Source of the DNA: Candidatus Uhrbacteria bacterium
Lineage (GTDB): Bacteria; Patescibacteriota; Patescibacteriia; UBA9934
Assembly (NCBI GenBank): GCA_943357745.1
Contig: CALRGN010000001.1
Span: 1-57,531, forward strand
Length of the DNA: 57,531 nt
Direction of reading: 5' to 3'
Under the pieces are notes generated by a model. That model made no database searches and had not been told where the DNA came from. It saw only the letters and a program-made list of their open reading frames with translations. The position numbers were made by a program, and so were the translations under genes. This document shows, in pieces, positions 47,412 to 56,863 of this stretch. How positions within the stretch are numbered: the first letter of the stretch is position 1; each line of letters begins with the position of its first letter.

Positions 47412-47906
47412 TTAAATCCGTTTCATTTTTTTAATTTTTGCTTTTAAATCCGCCCGTTCTTCTTTACTAATCCTTTGATATCTCCCAAACAGCGCCGTTT
47501 CAGAGATGATATGTCCCACCATCGCCTCATCCACCGCATGTCTAGGAGCACCAGAGACTAGATCTAGCTTAATGTCCAAAGCATAAATTGTAAAGCGATA
47601 CTCATGTTCTCCAAAACTAGGGCAAGGGCCACCATAACCCACTTCACTAAAATCCGTTTCACCTTCCACTGCCCCCTGCGGAACCGAATCTCGTTCAATA
47701 ATCTTAGTAGCTACATCTATATTCCAAATACACCAATGTAACCAATTTCCGCTTGGAGATTCTGGGTCATCAACTATTAGCGCCAGACTCACTGCCAGTT
47801 TAGGAACATCGTGCAGGTGCAATTCAGGATTCACATCTTCACCATCACAAGTGTAGAGCGGTGGAATCAATTCTCCATTTTTGAACTCCGGTGAGTTTAA
47901 GCGCAT
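47412..47906 (-). CDS. YbhB/YbcL (PEBP-like) family protein
   Basis: YTCDG.D.NP, DDP..P.G.W.HW, GYGGPCP...H.Y.F..YAL. Confidence 0.93.
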   Translation of the reverse strand: MRLNSPEFKNGELIPPLYTCDGEDVNPELHLHDVPKLAVSLALIVDDPESPSGNWLHWCIWNIDVATKIIERDSVPQGAVEGETDFSEVGYGGPCPSFGEHEYRFTIYALDIKLDLVSGAPRHAVDEAMVGHIISETALFGRYQRISKEERADLKAKIKKMKRI

Positions 47907-48022
47907 AGGCTTACAGTTTTACTAAAATCATCCTAAGAATTAATCAGCTTGAGTATAAAAATTCTTCACTTAATTAGCAAGTCAGTTCCCCACAACCTTA
48001 AAGGGTCTGTCGCCGGAGCAAT

Positions 48023-49411
48023 TTATGGAACCCTAACAAGCGCTCCCCAGATTTCACTCCAAGTGGGATACGCCCGAAAAATACTTTGAAAATCATGCCA
48101 TTTGATTCCCATTTTAATTGCCAATGAAATTTCATGAATCAACTCGCCCGCGTTCTCACACCAGGCCACCGCTCCTAAAATTGAGTCATTCTCCGCATCC
48201 ACCACCACTCGCACCGTTCCCACCGATTTTCCCTCAATCAACGCCCGCCCGAGCACTCTAACCGGTGCGGCAAAGGTTGTAATTTTTCTCCCCTCCCGCC
48301 CCAAAGCAAAACTACTCCCACCCACCGCCGCCAATTCTGGTTCAATAAAAGTTATTCTGGGTACTAGATCAAGATCATGTTTTAGCAATTTTCGTTTCTT
48401 TAAAGATTGTTGACCAGCGTTATAACCGGCCACATATCCCTCTCTAACAGCAGTGTTTGTAAATTGATAAGACCCAGCCGCGTCGCCCGCCAGCCATACC
48501 CCGTGAGCTAGCCGTTGATAGTCGTCGGTTCTAAGGAATTTAGTTTCAATCCCTAAATTGGTCAATTCTAGTTTTTGCACTCTTGGCACTCTTCCCGCTG
48601 AGAGAATAATCTTCTCACCAAACACGGTTCGTCTTGGTTTAGAACCAACTTGAAAAACAACTTCCTGTTTTATTGTCGACCGATAGTTAATCGCTAGCGC
48701 TCTGGCATTGGTAATAATTACCACTCCCTCCCTACGCAATTTCGCTTCAATTAGAGCCGAGATCTCGGGCTCTTCTTTTCTTAAGATGACTCCCTGTTCT
48801 TCTAATATCGTCACCTTGGCTCCCAATCCACTAAACGCCGTTGCCAATTCCAATCCCACCGGACCGCCACCTAAAATCACCACCGAGTCCGGCCAAACCG
48901 GAAAAGAAAAAATATCTCTAGTTACAATTAGCTCTGCTTTTTTACCCATCGTGAGATCTAATTCCCGTTCAATGCTACCAGTAGCAATCACCACTTGGTC
49001 AAACTTTAAATAATGATTGTCAACCTTTAAAGTATTCTGATCTATAAATTTACCCCAACCCTGAAATAACTTCACCCCTTTTTTTAATAAGTCAACCCTA
49101 ATTCTCTCTCCATTTCCTGTTAACGCCTGTTCCACTCCTCGCCATCGAGATTTTAAAGCTTTTAAATCAAAGCTGGATGACTTTACTCTGATCCCGTATC
49201 GGCCAGCCGATAATATATCCTGTTGCAACCGGGCGGATTTCAGCCAGACTTTGGTGGGCACGCAAGCCCAATGCGGACATTCACCACCTAGTTTATCCCC
49301 TTCCACCAAGGCAATCCGTTTCACCCCCGCCTTGAGGGCGCCGTCTACTGCCGCTAAACCAGCGGCCCCTCCGCCAACCACCAAGACTTGATACGGTTCC
49401 CCCTTGCTCAT
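48023..49411 (-). CDS. Class I pyridine nucleotide-disulfide oxidoreductase (Lpd/MerA-like)
   Basis: GGGAAG, GGECPHWACVPTK, GGGPVGLE, AGD; C-terminal YPTWSE. Confidence 0.88.
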   Translation of the reverse strand: MSKGEPYQVLVVGGGAAGLAAVDGALKAGVKRIALVEGDKLGGECPHWACVPTKVWLKSARLQQDILSAGRYGIRVKSSSFDLKALKSRWRGVEQALTGNGERIRVDLLKKGVKLFQGWGKFIDQNTLKVDNHYLKFDQVVIATGSIERELDLTMGKKAELIVTRDIFSFPVWPDSVVILGGGPVGLELATAFSGLGAKVTILEEQGVILRKEEPEISALIEAKLRREGVVIITNARALAINYRSTIKQEVVFQVGSKPRRTVFGEKIILSAGRVPRVQKLELTNLGIETKFLRTDDYQRLAHGVWLAGDAAGSYQFTNTAVREGYVAGYNAGQQSLKKRKLLKHDLDLVPRITFIEPELAAVGGSSFALGREGRKITTFAAPVRVLGRALIEGKSVGTVRVVVDAENDSILGAVAWCENAGELIHEISLAIKMGIKWHDFQSIFRAYPTWSEIWGALVRVP

Positions 49412-49427
49412 AACTTAAATTATTGGC

Positions 49428-51044
49428 TTAAATTTCCTCTTTTTTATTTCTAACAAAGGCAATCCAGCCTTCAATAAATTCAATCGCCACTTTTAACGGC
49501 GCTTCAATAATAAAATCAAAGAAATAGATAAAAATATTAATCTTAGAAACTTTGGCGCTCAACCAAGAACCCGCACGCACAATTGGGATTAATAAAATAT
49601 CAAAGATGGTTCCGAATAGGCCCGATCTTACATCTTTAGCCACAATATCTTTTACCGAATATCTTATTCTAATGCCAAAGAAAGTTACCAGTGAAAGGAA
49701 GAATAGAAAGAAGGCAATAGAAACCACATTAAAATTGGCAAGATGTAGACCGATCGCGATTCCGGCGTAAATGGCCACAAATAAAACCCCATAGATTGCA
49801 TCAAAAACCTTCTTCAAAGAACTCCGGTGGTTGGTTCTAATCCTCAGATGCAAGGCGGCGTGGTCTGCTTTCACCGCTAACGCTCTCACCACTTCCTGAT
49901 AGACTTGGGTATTTTTCTTTTCCGGAACACCCACCGTCAAGCCAATCAAGGCGAGAAGGAGAGGTGGAAAAAGAATATTAATTCCCAGCGGGTACAAAAT
50001 GATTTCGCCCTGATGAAGTAATAGATCGTATGGCAACTCAAATAAAATTGCGAGAATCATTTTGGTGAGGAACATAAATAATACCGTCCTCACCACCGTT
50101 CGGCGCAACCGTACCCTAAACTCCTTGGTTCTTAAAGCCAAAGATTGGGCCACAGCGCTATCAATCACCTCCGGGTCAGCCCAGTCTACTCCGGATTTTT
50201 TTTCTCCATTGTTTCCCTTTGCTTTAGAACCGCTTTCAGTTTTCTGTAGAGTGATCAAAGCCTCGCCTAGAACTCTAAAGATACCGGCTTTACGCCTCAA
50301 TAACTTAGAAACACGATCTGTTAGCGGTGAGAAAATCTGTCTCTCCACTGCCAAATAAATCTCCCCCAAGTGGAGGGCTAGTTGTTCAACCAACTTTTCA
50401 TCAGCCGCGCCCACCCATTTTGGGTAATACAAGGTCAATACTCGGTAGCGCAAAATCGCATGGTTAGATTTAACCAATGCCTTGTGTACCGCAATAAACA
50501 AAGTCAGATCTCGTTGCTCCTCCGTGATTTTAAGCCCCGGATCCCAATCAGATCTCTGCTTAATCTCATCATACATATACGCCACCAACGCCTCCTCCCC
50601 TTGATTTGGTGCTACTGTATATTCAATTTCTGTAGCTAATACATCTAAAATCCATTGGTAAACCGCCTCTCTTCTCTCCCCCATTCCATCCGCCGCTTTA
50701 AATAGCGGGGTATATTTAGAGAGAATCGGATTCAAATCCTCTCCCAGTTGCATTGGGATTTCCTGACCAGGGAAATACTTAGCCCAAACCAACTCCTTAA
50801 TCAAATCCGGACCAACATCGTGTAGATTTTCGCTCTCACTAAGGTATCGTTTGACTATTCTCAAGATGGCGTTTCTTCTTAGCAAATGCTCTTCCTGATA
50901 ATCTAAAGTATTTCTCACTCGTTCATAAATAGCCGCCGCGGTACTCACCGGCACACTTACCTCCACCAACTCCTGGCCCTCGTGGTTCATTTTTGCCGGT
51001 TGGGTGGTAAGTTGTTTGGCCAATAATTTAAATTTATCGCTCAT
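49428..51044 (-). CDS. Hypothetical membrane protein (large soluble N-domain plus about 4 TM)
   Basis: YERVRNTLDYQEEHLLRRNAI.RI.KR; FFDFIIEAPLK near the C-terminus. Confidence 0.8.
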   Translation of the reverse strand: MSDKFKLLAKQLTTQPAKMNHEGQELVEVSVPVSTAAAIYERVRNTLDYQEEHLLRRNAILRIVKRYLSESENLHDVGPDLIKELVWAKYFPGQEIPMQLGEDLNPILSKYTPLFKAADGMGERREAVYQWILDVLATEIEYTVAPNQGEEALVAYMYDEIKQRSDWDPGLKITEEQRDLTLFIAVHKALVKSNHAILRYRVLTLYYPKWVGAADEKLVEQLALHLGEIYLAVERQIFSPLTDRVSKLLRRKAGIFRVLGEALITLQKTESGSKAKGNNGEKKSGVDWADPEVIDSAVAQSLALRTKEFRVRLRRTVVRTVLFMFLTKMILAILFELPYDLLLHQGEIILYPLGINILFPPLLLALIGLTVGVPEKKNTQVYQEVVRALAVKADHAALHLRIRTNHRSSLKKVFDAIYGVLFVAIYAGIAIGLHLANFNVVSIAFFLFFLSLVTFFGIRIRYSVKDIVAKDVRSGLFGTIFDILLIPIVRAGSWLSAKVSKINIFIYFFDFIIEAPLKVAIEFIEGWIAFVRNKKEEI

Positions 51045-51053
51045 AATAGCTCC

Positions 51054-51800
51054 TTAAAAAGACAATCTCTCCTTAGACCGTTGCACAATTTCAAACGCCG
51101 CTTCAGCACTATCAACTAAGGTAAATAAAGAGAGATCGGCCCGCTCAATCGCCCCTTCTTGTTCTAACATCGCATCCGTAATCCATCGTATCAATGGTCT
51201 CCAATATTCCTCTCCCACCAAAATAAGCGGGAACCGTTCTGATTTTTGGGTCTGGATCAAAGTCAAAACTTCAAATAGTTCGTCCATGGTACCGTAACCG
51301 CCCGGAAAGAAAACATACGCTTGCGCACTGGCCGCCAACATTACCTTACGGGTAAAAAAATAGTAAAACGCTTTGCTATGAGTAACATAGGGGTTAATCC
51401 GTTGTTCTTTGGGCAGTTGGATATTCAAGCCAACTGACATTGCTCCGGTTTCATACGCCCCTTTGTTGGCCGCTTCCATAATTCCCGGTCCACCTCCAGT
51501 CACCACCGTAAATTTTCCCGTACCGAGCAGTCGGCCCAACTTTTCCGCTTCTAAGTACCATTTGCTACCAGCCGGAAATCTAGAAGACCCAAAAATTGAC
51601 ACCTCCCGTTTAGTTGCTGATAGAAACTGAAATCCCTCCACAAATTCCGCCATGATCCTAAAAATGCGCCAAGTAAGATCAGACAACTCTGGCGAATATT
51701 GACCACTACGGCAAAGCTCCTGCTCCTCTGGAGTCAGCGGAATTCTGGCTCGGGATGATTCATTTTTGCTACTCAAACCAGTCCCATTTGGCCATGGCAT
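51054..51800 (-). CDS. LOG family / TIGR00730 Rossmann-fold protein
   Basis: WRIFRIMAEF, TGGGPGIMEAANKG, FFTRK, PGGYGTMDE. Confidence 0.93.
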   Translation of the reverse strand: MPWPNGTGLSSKNESSRARIPLTPEEQELCRSGQYSPELSDLTWRIFRIMAEFVEGFQFLSATKREVSIFGSSRFPAGSKWYLEAEKLGRLLGTGKFTVVTGGGPGIMEAANKGAYETGAMSVGLNIQLPKEQRINPYVTHSKAFYYFFTRKVMLAASAQAYVFFPGGYGTMDELFEVLTLIQTQKSERFPLILVGEEYWRPLIRWITDAMLEQEGAIERADLSLFTLVDSAEAAFEIVQRSKERLSF

Positions 51801-51832
51801 AATTCCTCCCTATTTTATCACAGTTAAGGAAA

Positions 51833-53125
51833 TTAGGTAATCAGTTTAAATCCGGCTTTATTCACCACCTTCGCTAAATACAACCTCCGACCGTCCCCAA
51901 TTATTTCTCCGTGATACAAAGCGGACACCCGTTCCCAATCCAAATTTATAAATTCTGGCTCTGCCGTTAAAACCATTAACAGATCAGCTTGGGAGAGCAC
52001 CGCGGTAGCGTCATCCAAACTTGTTATTCCTAGTTTCTCCGCCTGTATTTTGACCACCAGCGGATCAAACGCCACCACCATTCCCCCCGCGTTCCGCCAT
52101 CGTTCAATAATTTCAAGTGCAGGTGCCGATCTTAGATCGTCCGTCCCTTCCTTATAAGCCAGCCCTAATATTCCTAATCGTTTCCCCACCGGATCACCAA
52201 ATGCACTCACTACTCTATTATAAAAACCGATCACCGCCTGTTGGTTCACCTCCACCACTGCTTCCAATAAACCGGTCTTAATCCCAATCGTCTTAGCATA
52301 ATTAATTAACGAGTTGGTGTCCTTGGGAAAACAACCACCCCCAAAACCAACCCCCGCTTTCAAAAAATTCGGCCCAATTCTAGGATCCAAACCAATAATT
52401 TTAGCGACCAAATTAATGTCCCCCCCCACCTTGTCCGCCACTAGCGCCAATTCATTGATGAATGAAATCCTACTCGCCAGCATGGCATTGGCCGCCAATT
52501 TTGACAGTTCCGCCGAGCGAATATCAGTAATCACAATCGGTACTGCTTCCGGTGTAACCGATTTGAAAAATTTAACGACCAAATTTTCTTGATCCAACCC
52601 CTCGCCACCCAAAACCACTCGACTTGGTGCGAGCGTATCTCTTAGCGCTGATCCTTCAGAGAGAAACTCCGGACTAAAATATACTCCCCCCTTAAACACC
52701 AACCCGCGTTCTTCACAACCCAACCGCACCTCCTCCAAAACTTTATCACTCATTTTTGGCAATACAGTTGACTTAATAACAACTTGTAAATTTGCATCGC
52801 CCAACATTCCCACCATTCGGGCTGACTCCAAAAGATACTGGTCGTTTAATAATCCATCAACCCCGATTGGTGTCCCAACACAAATAAAAACCAGCTCCAA
52901 GGTTGAGTCGGCAACCAGAGTTTCCACAAAAGTTAGCCTACCGGATTGCATCGCTTCCGCTAAAGCCGAATGCAGTCCTGGTTCAAAAAACGGCGCTTCC
53001 CCCGCCAATAATCGTTGCAATTTTTCGCTATTATTTTCCACTCCAATCACGGTATGCCCCAGATTGGTCCATACCACCGCACTCACCAAGCCAACATATC
53101 CCATGCCGATTACTGCAATCTTCAT
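51833..53125 (-). CDS. ugd: UDP-glucose/GDP-mannose dehydrogenase
   Basis: GMGYVG, PEFL.EG, K..ANA, GFGGGCFPKD, K..TDD.R. Confidence 0.93.
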   Translation of the reverse strand: MKIAVIGMGYVGLVSAVVWTNLGHTVIGVENNSEKLQRLLAGEAPFFEPGLHSALAEAMQSGRLTFVETLVADSTLELVFICVGTPIGVDGLLNDQYLLESARMVGMLGDANLQVVIKSTVLPKMSDKVLEEVRLGCEERGLVFKGGVYFSPEFLSEGSALRDTLAPSRVVLGGEGLDQENLVVKFFKSVTPEAVPIVITDIRSAELSKLAANAMLASRISFINELALVADKVGGDINLVAKIIGLDPRIGPNFLKAGVGFGGGCFPKDTNSLINYAKTIGIKTGLLEAVVEVNQQAVIGFYNRVVSAFGDPVGKRLGILGLAYKEGTDDLRSAPALEIIERWRNAGGMVVAFDPLVVKIQAEKLGITSLDDATAVLSQADLLMVLTAEPEFINLDWERVSALYHGEIIGDGRRLYLAKVVNKAGFKLIT

Positions 53126-53210
53126 AAATGCAAAATTACCTTAGCCAAACCCCAATAAAAGGAATAACCGCTCCTTAGAATAAGCTCCTTAGAATTACCG
53201 CCCCTTGCGT

Positions 53211-53783
53211 TTATTCCGCAAATTCCGCCGTCGCTACTCTAACACCATTTTGAATATTTTGGGAAGACAGTTCCTCTCTTCTGATGGTTACCGCTCTATA
53301 ATCGGCTGGATTAATCACGCCGGTTTCAGGACCAGCCACAAAGCTTGCTTGCCAAGTACCGTCTGCTCTTGGTGTTAATTCTCCCATCAGCTGTACATCT
53401 GCCAATCCGGTCATCAAAAGCCAAACCCCAAATCGTTCCGTGTTTAAATCAATCGCCGGCAAATTTGCCACTACCTCATATTCCTCGCCGCGCGGTCCGG
53501 CATAGCGTTTCACTTTACCAATCACCGATTGATCAAAACTATTCACTAGCGTCGTCTCCACCAACACCGGTCTTGGCGAAATATCTTCCGTATCAACAAT
53601 CGTCGCACCACTCCACCCCGCATTCACCAAACTTCTGGCCGCATCCTGCCTAAACCAGGTCACTGCGCCATAAAAAACTCCCACTCCACTTCCCATTACA
53701 ATACTCATCGCAAACAATTTAAAAAAAAGTCCTCCACCGGTTCTAGAATACCGATTATTGTGTTTCCTCCTGTATGACCCCAT
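53211..53783 (-). CDS. Hypothetical single-TM protein with beta-rich extracytoplasmic domain
   Basis: Basic N-terminus plus TM; ANLP.....F.VWL weakly resembles RskA-type C-terminal domains. Confidence 0.65.
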   Translation of the reverse strand: MGSYRRKHNNRYSRTGGGLFFKLFAMSIVMGSGVGVFYGAVTWFRQDAARSLVNAGWSGATIVDTEDISPRPVLVETTLVNSFDQSVIGKVKRYAGPRGEEYEVVANLPAIDLNTERFGVWLLMTGLADVQLMGELTPRADGTWQASFVAGPETGVINPADYRAVTIRREELSSQNIQNGVRVATAEFAE

Positions 53784-53794
53784 AAGTGTAATAA

Positions 53795-55840
53795 TTATAT
53801 CACAGCTTCATCATCATTTGCAGTTTGGTCAATCGTTGTTTCCGGCCAAAAACCGTCGGTTGATTCCCCAGCACCGCTCATTCCCAAACTTTTCAGTCCG
53901 TAGTTTCCAAGAAATTGATTTTTCCCGCGCATGTTAGGAACGCTAAATCTTTCCCCTTGTTTAAAAAGACTCGGAGAAAGTTCCTCCAAAAATATAGATT
54001 TACGTTTATACTCAAACTCCTCTCTGGTGCTAGTGGTAGGATAAGTAATCGTCAATTTTAATTTTGCTCTAGTGACTGCCACATATAACAACCGTCGTTC
54101 CTCCGATAATTCCAAGTCTGATTGAAACGCCCTTGGATGTGGAAAATATCCTTCAGCTAAATGGATTAAATAAACACTCTCCCACTCCAACCCCTTGGCT
54201 TGATGAATAGTAGACAGCACCACTTTCGCACCATATTGTCGTCTTGCCGCTTTTTCTCCCCCCTCCCACTCTCCGGTAAGCGTCACCGCCTCTAATAATT
54301 TATCCAAATCAGGATAGTCTTGACAGAACCTAGCAAACTGTTCTAGATCATCAAATCTATCTTCAGCGTTTGGATATTGTGCCACCAAATATTCCCGATA
54401 ACTCACCGATGCGGTGAGCGCTCTTAAACTCGCACTTAAATCAGGCGCCGCCAAGGCTTGCTTTAAAATCATCTTCGCCCTCTGCCAACCTAGGTCGGCT
54501 TTCTTTCCCCAACTAACCGACACCTCCAAACACGCCTGCAAAGAAACCTGACTGATCGCCCAGTCCCCCATTTTTCCAGCCGTCGCCGGTCCCACTCCCG
54601 CTTGCCATCTTAGAATCCTAGTCCAGGCTAATAAATCTTTATGATTTCCCAATAGCCGTAAAACACAAACCGCATCTTTAATATGGGCTCTATCAAAAAA
54701 CCGTAACCCACCCCGATAGTCATAGGCCACTCCCTGTTGCGTGAGTTCAAATTCCAAATATTGAGAGTGATAGGCCGCTCTGAATAAAACCGCTATTTCG
54801 GATGGACCCCTACCTTCCTGAATTTCCCGCAGAATCGCTTGTGTTAAAAATTTCGCCTCGGCGCGATCATCAATAAGATCCACCATTCTAGGGCGTTCTC
54901 CACTTGGCAAAACTGCTTTCAGATCTTTTTGAAATTGACCAGGATTATTATCCAACAGCTCATTGGCAACTGCTAAAATTTCTGGAGTTGACCGATAATT
55001 AACAACTAATTTAAAAATCTTCGCTCCCGGATATTCTTTTTGAAATTCTAGAATATTTTTCACCTCGGCCGCTCTAAATGAATAAATACTTTGAGCATCA
55101 TCTCCCACCACCAACAAATTTTTATGCACCGAGGCCAATAATTTCACAAGCCGTGCTTGCACTAAATTTGTATCCTGATACTCATCCACCAAGACATAAA
55201 GCAATCCTCCAGAAATTCGCTCAGTACTCCCCCCTTCAAGCAGTGCCAATGAATCCGTCAGTAAGTCATCAAAGTCCTTACCTTGTTGAGAGATTTTGAT
55301 GGACCGATAGCGCTGTAACACCTCCTCAATCTCGCCTCCAATGTGACACCAACTTGAATACTTATCTGCCAATAACTCAATAATTTTTAATCCGGTATTA
55401 GCAGCATAAGAGTTAATTGCTTTTAGTAAAGCTGGCGCCGGAAACTTTCGCAAATTCAAGGCAAACCCGCTTTCCTTGACCGCCATCTTCATTAACTCTA
55501 AAGCATCGTCCTCATCAAAAATACCGAAACTAGCCCCTTGCTCTCGCCGTAATAATCGGTTACACCAAGAATGAAAAGTTCCCGCTTGTACTCCACTAGC
55601 TCTATCGCCCAAAATAGTTTGCAACCGATTAATCATCTCTTTAGCCGCCTTGTTGGTGAAGGTAAGTAAGAGAATTTCTTCCGGCTTAACCCCTTGTCCC
55701 AACAAATAAGCTACTCTATATATTATCGTTCTAGTCTTACCACTCCCTGCCCCCGCCAATACCAAAGCATAGCCATCCCCTCCTAAAACCACCGCCCGCT
55801 GCTCTTCATTCAATCCTCCTAACAAATCATCGGTCATCAT
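53795..55840 (-). CDS. UvrD/PcrA-family ATP-dependent DNA helicase
   Basis: AGAGSGKT, DEYQDTN, NYRS, STIHQAKGLEW, EERRLLYVAVTRA. Confidence 0.93.
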   Translation of the reverse strand: MMTDDLLGGLNEEQRAVVLGGDGYALVLAGAGSGKTRTIIYRVAYLLGQGVKPEEILLLTFTNKAAKEMINRLQTILGDRASGVQAGTFHSWCNRLLRREQGASFGIFDEDDALELMKMAVKESGFALNLRKFPAPALLKAINSYAANTGLKIIELLADKYSSWCHIGGEIEEVLQRYRSIKISQQGKDFDDLLTDSLALLEGGSTERISGGLLYVLVDEYQDTNLVQARLVKLLASVHKNLLVVGDDAQSIYSFRAAEVKNILEFQKEYPGAKIFKLVVNYRSTPEILAVANELLDNNPGQFQKDLKAVLPSGERPRMVDLIDDRAEAKFLTQAILREIQEGRGPSEIAVLFRAAYHSQYLEFELTQQGVAYDYRGGLRFFDRAHIKDAVCVLRLLGNHKDLLAWTRILRWQAGVGPATAGKMGDWAISQVSLQACLEVSVSWGKKADLGWQRAKMILKQALAAPDLSASLRALTASVSYREYLVAQYPNAEDRFDDLEQFARFCQDYPDLDKLLEAVTLTGEWEGGEKAARRQYGAKVVLSTIHQAKGLEWESVYLIHLAEGYFPHPRAFQSDLELSEERRLLYVAVTRAKLKLTITYPTTSTREEFEYKRKSIFLEELSPSLFKQGERFSVPNMRGKNQFLGNYGLKSLGMSGAGESTDGFWPETTIDQTANDDEAVI

Positions 55841-55900
55841 AGTAATTATTATTATGCCAAATTTTGGTTAACAAAACTAGCCCAAGAATTAAGGGATTGT

Positions 55901-56065
55901 TTAAGGGTGGTCGCCAAAGAGCAATTTAAGATAAACCTTAGAATTTTGGAATAGAATCAACTTATAAATTTTGAGGTTTAGCTGGGCTAAGCTGAAAAAT
56001 TTTAAGCTGATTATAGCTAAAATTATAAGGTTTAGATAATTGCCAATTTGGCGACCGACCCTTAA
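55901..56065. mobile_element. 165-bp imperfect palindrome with terminal inverted repeats (MITE-like)
   Basis: Ends ttaagggtggtcgccaaa / tttggcgaccgacccttaa; internal arms gcaatt/aattgc, taaacctta/taaggttta, aatcaactta/taagctgatt, ttagc/gctaa. Confidence 0.65.
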
Positions 56066-56134
56066 TTCTGCTATAATCCAACCATTAATCATTTATGCCC
56101 TGAGTCCCTTGTAAAACGGGCTCCAGTAGACCAT

Positions 56135-56731
56135 ATGAATCATTCAATGAATAAGTATCTTGCCGAGGCGGTTGGTACTTTTGGTTTAGCGTTTGCAGTT
56201 GCCCTCGCCGTTAGTCAAAGTTTTGGACTCACTCCATTCTTGGCCGCGTTAGTGTTAGGTGGCTTTGTTTACTCCATTGGCTCAATTTCCGGAGCTCATA
56301 TTAATCCCGCCATCACGCTTGGACTTTTCTCAATCAATAAAATCTCATCTGGCGAGGCGGTTAGATATATCCTAGCCCAAGGAGTTGGTGGGGGAATCGC
56401 TTTACTAGTTTTGATGGGAATGGGAATTACCGCTACCGTTTCAGGATCAGAATTTTCTTGGCCCATCGCCATTGCAGAAACGGTTGGTACCTTCTTCTTT
56501 GCCTTTGGCGTTGCTTCCGTAGCTACAGGCAAAGCACCAGAGAGCATGTCTGGCATAGTGGTTGGCAGTTCTCTACTGATCGGAATCATCATTGCATCTC
56601 TCCTTGGATCAGCCGGAGTCCTCAATCCCGCCGTCAGTATTGGCCTAAACTTCATCAATCCTAGTTACTTCCTCGGCCCAATCGTGGGTGCCATCCTAGG
56701 CATGCAAGTCTATAAAAAATTGCAGGGATAA
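56135..56731 (+). CDS. Aquaporin / MIP family channel
   Basis: AE..GTF, SGAHINPA, LNPAV; 6 TM. Confidence 0.92.
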   Translation: MNHSMNKYLAEAVGTFGLAFAVALAVSQSFGLTPFLAALVLGGFVYSIGSISGAHINPAITLGLFSINKISSGEAVRYILAQGVGGGIALLVLMGMGITATVSGSEFSWPIAIAETVGTFFFAFGVASVATGKAPESMSGIVVGSSLLIGIIIASLLGSAGVLNPAVSIGLNFINPSYFLGPIVGAILGMQVYKKLQG

Positions 56732-56811
56732 CGGAACGCGTCTAAGTGACCTGGTCTACAATCAGTTTGCTTTGCAAACTCCATTTTTAAGGAACCGTTA
56801 TACACCCCAGC

Positions 56812-56841
56812 TTGACTTTTTGGGGATTTTTTGGATATACT
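56812..56841 (+). promoter_or_regulatory. Sigma70 promoter
   Basis: TTGACT-18 bp-TATACT followed by AAGGGAGG SD. Confidence 0.65.
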
Positions 56842-56863
56842 ACTAACACCAAGGGAGGCAAAG

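Noticed and set aside
55901..56092. 63-aa minus-strand ORF
   Set aside because: Coincides with the 165-bp palindrome; probably a chance frame
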